A stretch of DNA of 13,737 nucleotides from Promethearchaeota archaeon (lineage in GTDB: Archaea > Asgardarchaeota > Hermodarchaeia > Hermodarchaeales > Hermodarchaeaceae): NCBI GenBank assembly GCA_048938385.1, contig JBHLMG010000035.1:1-13737 (forward strand), given 5' to 3'. Below, piece after piece: positions 6,185 to 13,737 of the stretch (its first letter is position 1; each line of letters begins with the position of its first letter). A program made the translations under genes and the position numbers. The notes under the pieces were generated by a model. The model saw only the letters and a program-made list of their open reading frames with translations, was not told the origin of the DNA and searched no databases.

Positions 6185-6886
6185 TCATTCAGGTCCTTTG
6201 GTCTGATCTGTTTCCAGGTTCAAGGCAGTTTCCAGGTTATGGATGATCATCCCGACAATTGTTGAGGTTGGCAAGAACTCCGGATGCAGACTCACTGTTT
6301 CATTAGCAAGATCCGTTATCCGGGTTGACAGTTCACCATGCGCAAAGCCACCAACTAATACTAGGGGTCGCGCTTCGGATACCAGTGTTTTTGCCAAGGC
6401 TAGTGGCGTCATGGGCGTACCTGTTGGGGTAAGGACAATAGTCCGGGATGGAGTGAGCTCGTTCAGGTACTTCTCTAAGGTTCCTGCATACAGTTCAAGG
6501 AGTGGCGAACCAGATTGGGGGACACGCCCTGCTTGGAGTAGCTGTTCGATGAGTCCAACGAACCGCGCTTCCCGGCGTGGTAACCGTGTTCCCGGTCGGA
6601 TTTGAATCACTTGGTCAGCAATCGTGTGGACGAAGACCTGTAATTGCTCGTTCTGTGCTAGAACACTATCTAAGGCGATGAGGAGGCTTCGGTGAGCAAT
6701 GTCCGGGCGTCCACGCTTTTCTGAGGTGGAGAGGGCTTGTACTACCTTGGGAAATACGGCTTCATCGAGGAGAAGGTGTGCCGGTTCTTTTCCCCGCGCC
6801 TTCGCGGTGCGAAGAACAGAGGAATGCTGAACCATCTCCTCCGAAACTAACTCTAAGCTCGTTTCCACCAGTCCGAGCAATAACAT
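6185..6886 (-). CDS. nep1: Nep1/Emg1 SSU rRNA pseudouridine N1-methyltransferase (SPOUT)
   Basis: RGRPDIAH, VFVHT, RLPR...RFVGLIEQL and VGGFAHG motifs. ATG 6886 chosen because the SD sequence GGGTGA lies 7 nt upstream (the ORF track starts at GTG 6910). Confidence 0.93.
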   Translation of the reverse strand: MLLLGLVETSLELVSEEMVQHSSVLRTAKARGKEPAHLLLDEAVFPKVVQALSTSEKRGRPDIAHRSLLIALDSVLAQNEQLQVFVHTIADQVIQIRPGTRLPRREARFVGLIEQLLQAGRVPQSGSPLLELYAGTLEKYLNELTPSRTIVLTPTGTPMTPLALAKTLVSEARPLVLVGGFAHGELSTRITDLANETVSLHPEFLPTSTIVGMIIHNLETALNLETDQTKGPE

Positions 6887-6934
6887 AAAGGGGTCACCCT
6901 TTCGCGACACAGAGAAGAGATTACTCGCGGAGCG

Positions 6935-7288
6935 CTAGTCAATTTTGAGAAATCCGCGTCGTTCAAGCCAGCCTGCTTCACCTTGGGAATACCGAAAGAT
7001 GATATCGCCTCGTTGATCGGTTTGAAAATCCCAGGGGGCGACGAGCACGACATCGCCCTCACGAATCCATACGCGTTTTTTCATTGTTCCACGAATCCGG
7101 CAGAGCCGAGATTTCCCATCGGCGCATTTTACGCGGACTCGGTCATATCCGAGCAGTTGCACGGCTATGCCTAGTACTTCGCCTTCGCGGGGGATGCGGA
7201 CGCGAATCACTTCACCTTCTTGGCTAGATTGACCTTTGAAGGTACGCCTCCTGCTACCGGATTTACTTTTTTTTCGGGGTTTAGACAT
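6935..7288 (-). CDS. eif1a: Translation initiation factor aIF-1A
   Basis: QLLGYDRVRVKCADGKSRLCRIRGTMKKRVWIREGDVVLVAPWDFQ. ATG 7288 has the SD sequence AGGAG 7 nt upstream, and there is a TATA-like TTTTAAAT at 7333-7340. Confidence 0.97.
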   Translation of the reverse strand: MSKPRKKSKSGSRRRTFKGQSSQEGEVIRVRIPREGEVLGIAVQLLGYDRVRVKCADGKSRLCRIRGTMKKRVWIREGDVVLVAPWDFQTDQRGDIIFRYSQGEAGWLERRGFLKID

Positions 7289-7372
7289 GTTCAAACTCCT
7301 TGTTCAGATGCGCTACAAAGGGGACGACCACTATTTAAAACTGCGCAGCAACCAAGTATTTCTCGGGTAAAG

Positions 7373-8443
7373 TTACTCCTCACGGTCGGGAAGGAGGATT
7401 AAGCCATCGTTCCATTCGAGGGCTGCCACCGTTGAACCCAAAGGCAAGTCCGTACCAGGGTGGGGCAGGTCATAAACTGTGTAATCTTCTTGGTCCATTA
7501 ATTGGTATACCCCATCAACCAGTGATATCACTTGAAATGAATGGACTTGATCGGTTAGATGCTGTGTATCAATATCCGCGAGTTCTTTGGGGCTGAGTGA
7601 TTGACGGGAGTGGGACTCTAAGTTGATGAGTGTGTAGCGACCGTTTCGAAGACCGGTGATCATGTGGGGATGGTCCTTGAAGATGAAAACATCACCCACT
7701 TGGAGGGGTGGAAACCGGAGAGAGTAGGTGTCCCGTCGCAGGGGTTTTCCATCTCGGGCTCGGCCAGCGACTTTGCTGGAAATTCCGAGGATTAATCCAA
7801 AGGTGTCAGCAAGGTGTTTGGCTAGACTTTTGCACAGGCGCCCGGACACACACTTGACATCAAATCCTCCTCGCGTTTCTTTAATCCTAAACGCTGAAGG
7901 GGGTAAATCTTGGTTTTCTAGGCGTTGGTTAAGGTGGGTGAATATTTCCTCAGTTTGGTCAGGGGTGAGTCGACCGGCTGAGGTTCGGATTTGGATTATT
8001 GCTTCGAAGTAGCCACCCGCGGTTTGTCGACAATGCGTGCAAAGAACGGGTGTGATAGGAATGTCGACGGTCCCAGTTTCTTGGTAGTGGAGGCTCTCAA
8101 TTCGAGCGGTGACCTGCGCCTTGATACGCTTGGTCTTCGACAGTGTAGTTGGGGCAGGGTCGGCGAGTTCCACCTCAAAGGTCGCCGGTTCGCTCGGAGT
8201 AAAAAGCGGGTCCAGTAAATCACACACCATCGAATAGGTATGCTCGGCCCGCGAGGTTGATCCTTGTCGAATCCAATGCCCACTCGTATAGTAGGCTTGG
8301 CAGCGTGGACACACCTTGGCTTCTGGTGATCGGCGGAGAACAATGAGGGGATGCTGTTCGAAGTAACACGGTGCGCAAAAGCCTTTCACAAAGGGTCGTG
8401 ATTCAGCGGGTTCTTGACCGCACTTGGGACAACTTCGTGTCAT
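7373..8443 (-). CDS. nmd3: NMD3-family LSU maturation factor
   Basis: Four CxxC motifs (CPKC, CAPC, CPRC, CTHC), the signature YFEAIIQIR, and a C-terminal eIF5A-like segment (QLMDQEDY). Confidence 0.93.
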   Translation of the reverse strand: MTRSCPKCGQEPAESRPFVKGFCAPCYFEQHPLIVLRRSPEAKVCPRCQAYYTSGHWIRQGSTSRAEHTYSMVCDLLDPLFTPSEPATFEVELADPAPTTLSKTKRIKAQVTARIESLHYQETGTVDIPITPVLCTHCRQTAGGYFEAIIQIRTSAGRLTPDQTEEIFTHLNQRLENQDLPPSAFRIKETRGGFDVKCVSGRLCKSLAKHLADTFGLILGISSKVAGRARDGKPLRRDTYSLRFPPLQVGDVFIFKDHPHMITGLRNGRYTLINLESHSRQSLSPKELADIDTQHLTDQVHSFQVISLVDGVYQLMDQEDYTVYDLPHPGTDLPLGSTVAALEWNDGLILLPDREE

Positions 8444-8449
8444 CGTGGT

Positions 8450-8755
8450 TCATTTCGTCACTACTACTTGCGCATGGGGGATGTTCTGAATACGAATGAT
8501 TCCGCGTTCGTGGATTAGCGCAGCCTTGAGAGCTTCTTGAACAATGCGCTCACCTACGATATTTGCAATAGTAGCCTGTTGCATCGCGATGATGCTCTCT
8601 TCGAGGGACACGAGTTTACCTTTGTAGAAGGCTTCACTGACATGGATGCAACGGTCCCCTTCTTCGAAGAACTGTCCAAGAAGTTCTTGGTCACAGATGG
8701 CGACGATGTATTCGCCTTCACGCTGTATCTGGTTCATGTATACTTGCATATACAC
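8450..8755 (-). CDS. DUF424 family protein
   Basis: IVAICDQELLG, FYKG, ATIANIVG and IPHAQ motifs, with the usual synteny next to aIF-2beta. Alternative start at ATG 8749. Confidence 0.92.
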   Translation of the reverse strand: MYMQVYMNQIQREGEYIVAICDQELLGQFFEEGDRCIHVSEAFYKGKLVSLEESIIAMQQATIANIVGERIVQEALKAALIHERGIIRIQNIPHAQVVVTK

Positions 8756-8778
8756 TCACACTCCACGCCGAAACCTCT

Positions 8779-9399
8779 CTATCCCTTCAACGGCTTACGC
8801 CCACCACACGCACTACATACTAGCATAAGGAGGCGATCTTCACGCCGCATCTCAGTGTCTGGACGATGGCAAATTGGACACACGACGAATTCCTCGGTAT
8901 ACTTGGCAACGAGTTCCTCTAAAGCGCGTGAAGTGAATCGCCCGTTAAAGAACGCTTGCGTGCCACTGACTTCTCCAGCGGTTGCTAATTCATGGGAGAG
9001 GAATCGAATAAGGTGTTTGGGATCACGTCGCAGCGTGTCAGTAAGGTCTTTGAAGTTTCGAATCACTGTTCGAGTCCCCTGAATGAAGGAATCTACTTCC
9101 GGAACTTGAAACCTGGGTTGGTCAAAGACCTCAGGCGGAATCTGCTCACGCGCACGATGGAGAAGGGCATCATAATCCAAGGTGCTCGATACCTTCGCTG
9201 GCGCCTTCGCTTTGGATGTTGCGGCCGTCTTTTTCGGTGTAGCTTTAGGTTTGGCTTTGCTTGCAGGCGTTTTAGGTTGAGTAGCTTTTTTTGCACGGGG
9301 TTGAGCCTTAGCGGACGCAGGTTTCTTCTTTGCAGGAGCTTTAGCCTTGGGCGTGGCTTTCTCGCTTTTAGTGGTTTTCTTCGTCGTTTTTGGGGGCAC
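8779..9399 (-). CDS. eif2b: Translation initiation factor aIF-2 beta with a Lys-rich N-terminal extension
   Basis: Core DYDALLHRA...RFQVP...GTRTVIRNF...ELATAG...CPICHRPDT...CSACG. GTG 9399 is preceded by the SD-like GAGGCGA, and there is a TATA-like TTTATGA at 9444-9450. Confidence 0.95.
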   Translation of the reverse strand: MPPKTTKKTTKSEKATPKAKAPAKKKPASAKAQPRAKKATQPKTPASKAKPKATPKKTAATSKAKAPAKVSSTLDYDALLHRAREQIPPEVFDQPRFQVPEVDSFIQGTRTVIRNFKDLTDTLRRDPKHLIRFLSHELATAGEVSGTQAFFNGRFTSRALEELVAKYTEEFVVCPICHRPDTEMRREDRLLMLVCSACGGRKPLKG

Positions 9400-9553
9400 G
9401 GCATATCGCCTCGAAATCTAGCATTCAACTGTAGGATTGGAACCTCATAAAGCATCTGATTAACGCAACGAGTCAAGTACCAAATGAAGGCTCCTGAATG
9501 TCTAGGACTATTTTGAGCTGATACAAGAATCCCACAAAAGCCTTTGGTTTCGC

Positions 9554-10327
9554 TTAAGATTTCTTATACCGGTGGATTTCGGGTTCGTACACTTCGCCTT
9601 CACTGAGCAAATCGATTAAGACTTGTTCGACCGCCTCTTCGTCGATTCCAGAGGTCGCTTCAAGGATTTGTTCGAATCGAGCACCCCCCTCTGCGTCATA
9701 CTTCTTGATCGTTTCCAAAACTAATCGACGCACTTCTGGTGGTACTGGTAGTTCCTCATCCTTGTCAGGTGGTTGCTCTAAGGTATCTGTGGCGTTGTGC
9801 CAGACGCCCCCTTCGATTTCTCGTTGCGTTGTTACGGGGGTTTCGTCTTGAAGGGAACCGAAGTCTGGTCCGGTAAGTGAAAATTGGTCTTCGAGACGAT
9901 GAGGGGCACTTCGAGATGTAGCAAGTTCTAAAAGACGCACAGTTTCCCAGTTAGGGTCATCTAACCGGCGAACAATTTCACCGTTGATGTAAGTTTCCCC
10001 TTGAAAGCTTCGAACCCGTCCTACGACCAGAATTAAATCACCGACTTGTAACTGGCTGAGTTTCGCACTCAACTCTCCCCACATTTTCACTCGAATAACC
10101 CCAGTCCCATCATCTAGGGTTACCGTGGCAAAGCCTCTTCCTTCTTCTCCTAATCGTTCTTGGGTGGCTTCAAAGCGATCGACCACAGTGGCAATCACAT
10201 TCACACGACTAACTTGACCCAAAAATGTGTCAACGGCTACGACATTGCCTGCTTCATTGGCAACGAGTTCTCCTTCTTGAATATCTTGGATGGCGACCCG
10301 TGCAGCCGTAGCACGTTTGAATGACAT
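9554..10327 (-). CDS. Replication protein A, RPA32/RPA2-like subunit (OB fold, acidic linker, winged helix)
   Basis: RVNVIATVV, TLDDGTGVIRVKMW and VGRVRSFQGE OB-fold motifs; C-terminal GEVYEP winged-helix motif; BRE-TATA GAAGAAGTTTTATGA near 10373-10387. Confidence 0.88.
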   Translation of the reverse strand: MSFKRATAARVAIQDIQEGELVANEAGNVVAVDTFLGQVSRVNVIATVVDRFEATQERLGEEGRGFATVTLDDGTGVIRVKMWGELSAKLSQLQVGDLILVVGRVRSFQGETYINGEIVRRLDDPNWETVRLLELATSRSAPHRLEDQFSLTGPDFGSLQDETPVTTQREIEGGVWHNATDTLEQPPDKDEELPVPPEVRRLVLETIKKYDAEGGARFEQILEATSGIDEEAVEQVLIDLLSEGEVYEPEIHRYKKS

Positions 10328-10437
10328 AGTGTATCGAACTCCTATCTTCCCCTTTTCATTACTGCGTTTTCTTCATAAAACTTCTTCAAAGCGCGCTTCT
10401 CCATAAATGGTCTAGCTAAATCAAGACCTCGCGCAGC

Positions 10438-13400
10438 TTAACCCTCGGTGAACGGATCCACTGCTCCCTCAGTGGGGCTCGCAGGGGAAGGAACATCTCG
10501 TTGCGATGGTTCGAGGCATCCCTCAGTGTGCAACTGCTCGAGGGCGTTGGCAACGGCGAATTTCTTGTCTTGCCCGAATTTCTCGATGGCGGCAATGAAT
10601 AGTTGCGGCAAGAAAACGCGACCCTCGGTATCCGCTAGTTTCAAAGCGAGGTCATACACTTTCCGGGCAAATCCTCGGGATGGTGAATGCACGCATTCAT
10701 AGGAGAGGAGGAGCTCGCTGTGGAAACTCTCTTCAACGATGGTGTGGGCGGGGTCAAAGATATCAATGCGTCCATCAAAGCTGGCAAGCTGGGAGCTAAA
10801 CTGGGTTTCAAACTCCGTTGTGAACCGTGCTAGCGAATCCGTGACTTCTTCACTCGGGGATGCGTCGAGGATTAACACGCTCACGACAGACTGCCCCTCC
10901 CGAAGACTGAGGTGCAAATCTTTGTAATCAATGTCACGAAGCTGGGATTCTCGATCCAGCTCTCCGGACAACTCGCTGTAGAAGGAATTCACTGCGGCAA
11001 TAAACCCTGACAACAAGGCACTGGGAATTTCACCCCCGGTGAAGTTGTAAGTGAAAATTGGAAGCCCTGTTTTAGCGTACATGACGAAAAGCGTGCGAAG
11101 GTCCATCAACCCCATCATGCGTTGAGCCCAAACTCCTCCCGCCTCTTCAACCGCCATTTGTTTGGCGAGTTTCTTCGGTCGTACCCGCTTGATATACAGC
11201 ACTCGTGCAATGATTGCTACAAGGACAACTAGGACGATGAAGGGTAGGAGCGCGAGCAGGAGTTCAACCCACCAGGGGAGCGGACTGGGTGGACTTAAGG
11301 TCGAGAAGGTGCTCACGGTAGTATACGCCAGTTCACGGGACCCAAAATAGGTGGCGTTGGCCCACACTTGGGGCGCGTTTGATCCATCTCCCAACGCCTC
11401 GTCAGGGTACGATGGAAGTAGGACAATCAGAATCCGCATCCCCGTGGCGTCAGTCGTCACCGTCTCTGACACTAGCGTCACATCAGTGCCATTGGCGTGA
11501 TGCATCCACACGACTACATCAACATCTGCTCCCACAATAGCCGTCCCGTTTGGAAAGGTGAGCTGTACAGTAATGGGAATTTCTTGGGCGGGTTGAATAT
11601 TTGCTGGAATGTACACCGTGAGGGTTGGGTTGAGTTTCGCCAGCACCGTTAAGCTAAGAGTGATCGTTTGGTTCTCATGGTGGGTGCGTTGCGCGTAAAT
11701 ATCGAGACTATAGGTGGTTGGTGTGATACCAGTGAGGTCCAAGGTCAACTGGTAGACACCTCCTCCAACTGATACGAGGGGATATATGGTGCTCTGAAAG
11801 ACTGCCCACACCGTTGCCGAAGGAATTCCCGAACTGGTTTCCGTGTTAGTAAAGGTTACATCTAAAGTCAAGGTTTCGTTTTGGTATTCACTCGGCGTAT
11901 AGTCATCGTTTTCCGGCGTGAGTGAAGTTGGCCACACTAGATGAAAGCTCTCAGAAAAGACTTGGGGCAGGTAATTTTCGACGCTGATATTGAAGCTGAT
12001 CGTCCAGTAACCGACGCTAGCCCCTGTGGTGATGCACTGAACGGTATAGGTTCCGTCCCCGTTATCTACGGGACTGATGAGGGTCCAATTGCCTTCGATT
12101 TGGGCGCCAACGAGACCCTGAGCAGATAAATCCGAATAGGTTACCAGCAGGATAAACGCGTCATCGTAAAGTAGCGGTGACGCTGATTGAATCACCACAT
12201 TCACCGTAGCAGGCCGTATCAACACCTCGATATCGGTCTGATAGGTCTGCGGGTTATACCCAGGACGGGAGACGGTAATGGTGATGTTGAAGAAGGATGA
12301 GCTTCCGCTCACATTTAACATAAACTGCAGCTTGTAGGTTCCATTGTTCAAGTCAAAAGTGAAGATCGGTGTTAAGGGCGTTCCATTCTGCAAGCATGAA
12401 AATTCCGCCCCCGTGATCCCTGTCCCACCGGAGACCATCTCATAGGTTATCGTGATGTTGAAGGCGGCTCCCCCATCAACGGGAGACGGGTTGCTCCCGC
12501 TAATCGTCGTCGGTTCACCTTGCACGATGAGCGTAATTTTCAAAGTGTAGTTTTGCAAGTAAAAACCCGGTTTGGAGGCATTGACGATGAGAATGTGAAT
12601 ACCCACATCCAGAACGGTGCCCTCCAAGAGCACCGAATAGTTCCCGCCCCCGATTTGAGTGAGGGGACTAAAGAAACTCGGACCTGTGATGTTCACTATT
12701 GCATCCGCAATACCTCCTCCCAGTGGAGTCCAAATCGAATAGTTGACCTCTAAGGTCACAGCTTCGGTGTAGTTAATGGTAAGCGTCGTCCAATTGGCTA
12801 CGAGCTGCGTCTTGGACCATAAGGTGAGCGACACCGTTGTGGAGGCATTCCTATATCCAGCGCGATCAGCGCTCACCGTCCCTATATGGACACCTCGATC
12901 AAGATTCATAGCCAAAGTATCCAACGCGCTTTCATAATACCCTCCATTTACATCGCTGAGACTGTAAGTGGTACCCTCAAAGGTGACATTGACTTCAGCG
13001 TTTTCTATCCCAACTGTATTGTGGGCATCTTCGTAATAGACTCGGATGATGACATTATCTCCAATGAGGCTCGTGTAAGGACCAAGGTCGTCTGTAACGG
13101 TAGTTGGATATACGAGGGAAACGCTGCTGACTCCTACACCGACATGATAGGTGTTATTCCAGACCACTTCACAACGCATGGTTTCGTTGCCTATTCCGAT
13201 GCCTAATGGCGTGAATGGAGTAAAGTTCAGCAATCCGCTTATGTCAGGAACATCTGCTGTCTCACCGAAGGCTGTTCCACTTTCATCATAGGGCGTGAAA
13301 CGGCCTTCCCCGTTTGTGAACACATTTACCTGACTACTAATGTAGAGCGAATCGGTAATGTCGATTACTTGCCCTGTGACATCTAGCCCGTTCCGGTAGA

Positions 13401-13737
13401 TTACAACATTTTGGATGTAGTTTGCATCTGAGGCGGTGATCAGCCAGAGAGTGCTGTTGCCTGCACCTCCCAGCTCATCGATAAACACCCAGCCCGGTGT
13501 GCTCTTACCGTCGTCAGCGGTATATGTAGCCGGCAGCCCTCCCTTAAAGGCCCCGGTGACTGTCCAGCGATCTGGTAAGGTGAAATTGAGAGTACGGCTA
13601 TTGGCGTTTGCTCCAATGCTGGGGTATGACACTGCGGTGGTAATGTTCCAGTCAGCTGGGTTTCCCTCTGTGACTTGAAAGCTCGGGACCCCCTCGAAGG
13701 TGTAAGAAAGAGAGGCGTTGTATCGAAAGTTAAACAA
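10438..13737 (-). CDS. Large surface glycoprotein (5'-truncated): Ig-like repeats, one TM helix, cytoplasmic longin-like domain
   Basis: The frame is open to the window edge. Repeated beta-sandwich units with NGGYY/GGGNY/NNGTY/GDGTY/GGGVY and PGY/PGF motifs; more than 20 NxS/T sequons; TM WWVELL...RVLYI followed by KRVRPKK; then TGLPIF...LLSGFIAAVNSF. Confidence 0.9.
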   Translation of the reverse strand: MFNFRYNASLSYTFEGVPSFQVTEGNPADWNITTAVSYPSIGANANSRTLNFTLPDRWTVTGAFKGGLPATYTADDGKSTPGWVFIDELGGAGNSTLWLITASDANYIQNVVIYRNGLDVTGQVIDITDSLYISSQVNVFTNGEGRFTPYDESGTAFGETADVPDISGLLNFTPFTPLGIGIGNETMRCEVVWNNTYHVGVGVSSVSLVYPTTVTDDLGPYTSLIGDNVIIRVYYEDAHNTVGIENAEVNVTFEGTTYSLSDVNGGYYESALDTLAMNLDRGVHIGTVSADRAGYRNASTTVSLTLWSKTQLVANWTTLTINYTEAVTLEVNYSIWTPLGGGIADAIVNITGPSFFSPLTQIGGGNYSVLLEGTVLDVGIHILIVNASKPGFYLQNYTLKITLIVQGEPTTISGSNPSPVDGGAAFNITITYEMVSGGTGITGAEFSCLQNGTPLTPIFTFDLNNGTYKLQFMLNVSGSSSFFNITITVSRPGYNPQTYQTDIEVLIRPATVNVVIQSASPLLYDDAFILLVTYSDLSAQGLVGAQIEGNWTLISPVDNGDGTYTVQCITTGASVGYWTISFNISVENYLPQVFSESFHLVWPTSLTPENDDYTPSEYQNETLTLDVTFTNTETSSGIPSATVWAVFQSTIYPLVSVGGGVYQLTLDLTGITPTTYSLDIYAQRTHHENQTITLSLTVLAKLNPTLTVYIPANIQPAQEIPITVQLTFPNGTAIVGADVDVVVWMHHANGTDVTLVSETVTTDATGMRILIVLLPSYPDEALGDGSNAPQVWANATYFGSRELAYTTVSTFSTLSPPSPLPWWVELLLALLPFIVLVVLVAIIARVLYIKRVRPKKLAKQMAVEEAGGVWAQRMMGLMDLRTLFVMYAKTGLPIFTYNFTGGEIPSALLSGFIAAVNSFYSELSGELDRESQLRDIDYKDLHLSLREGQSVVSVLILDASPSEEVTDSLARFTTEFETQFSSQLASFDGRIDIFDPAHTIVEESFHSELLLSYECVHSPSRGFARKVYDLALKLADTEGRVFLPQLFIAAIEKFGQDKKFAVANALEQLHTEGCLEPSQRDVPSPASPTEGAVDPFTEG

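Noticed and set aside
8537-9476. Long overlapping ORFs 8537-9082 (+), 8992-9450 (+) and 9093-9476 (-)
   Set aside because: These are shadow frames of DUF424 and aIF-2beta. Low-complexity codons reduce stop frequency, and there is no sign of a programmed frameshift.
13735-13737. TTG at the window edge as the start of the 1099-aa protein
   Set aside because: There is no signal peptide and the frame is open to the edge, so the gene begins outside the window.
1-13737. CRISPR array, IS element, integrase or defence system
   Set aside because: No regularly spaced repeats, terminal inverted repeats, or transposase, recombinase or nuclease motifs were seen.

Overview
Archaeal chromosomal window, probably from an Asgard archaeon (inferred mainly from a surface protein with a cytoplasmic longin-like domain). 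It is dominated by translation and ribosome-biogenesis genes. From left to right: the 5' end of a 16S rRNA gene with its leader and TATA box (minus strand); a divergent pair consisting of a membrane-tethered ArsR-type wHTH regulator and a membrane-anchored exported protein, with tandem TTC-N10-GAA palindromes between them; a class I SAM methyltransferase; four tRNA genes (Ala-UGC, Glu-UUC, Leu-UAG, Asn-GUU), two of which carry BHB introns at non-canonical positions (59/60 and 30/31); a conserved hypothetical gene; a minus-strand cluster aIF-2beta, DUF424, NMD3, aIF-1A, Nep1, RIO1, KH (Dim2/Pno1); an RPA32-like subunit; and the 3' part of a very large Ig-like-repeat/TM/longin protein. The most notable observations are a 73-aa Lys/Ala/Pro-rich N-terminal tail on aIF-2beta, the two non-canonical tRNA introns, the membrane-bound regulator module with visible operators, and Nep1 inserted between aIF-1A and RIO1. 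All family assignments come from motif recognition by eye; no searches were run.
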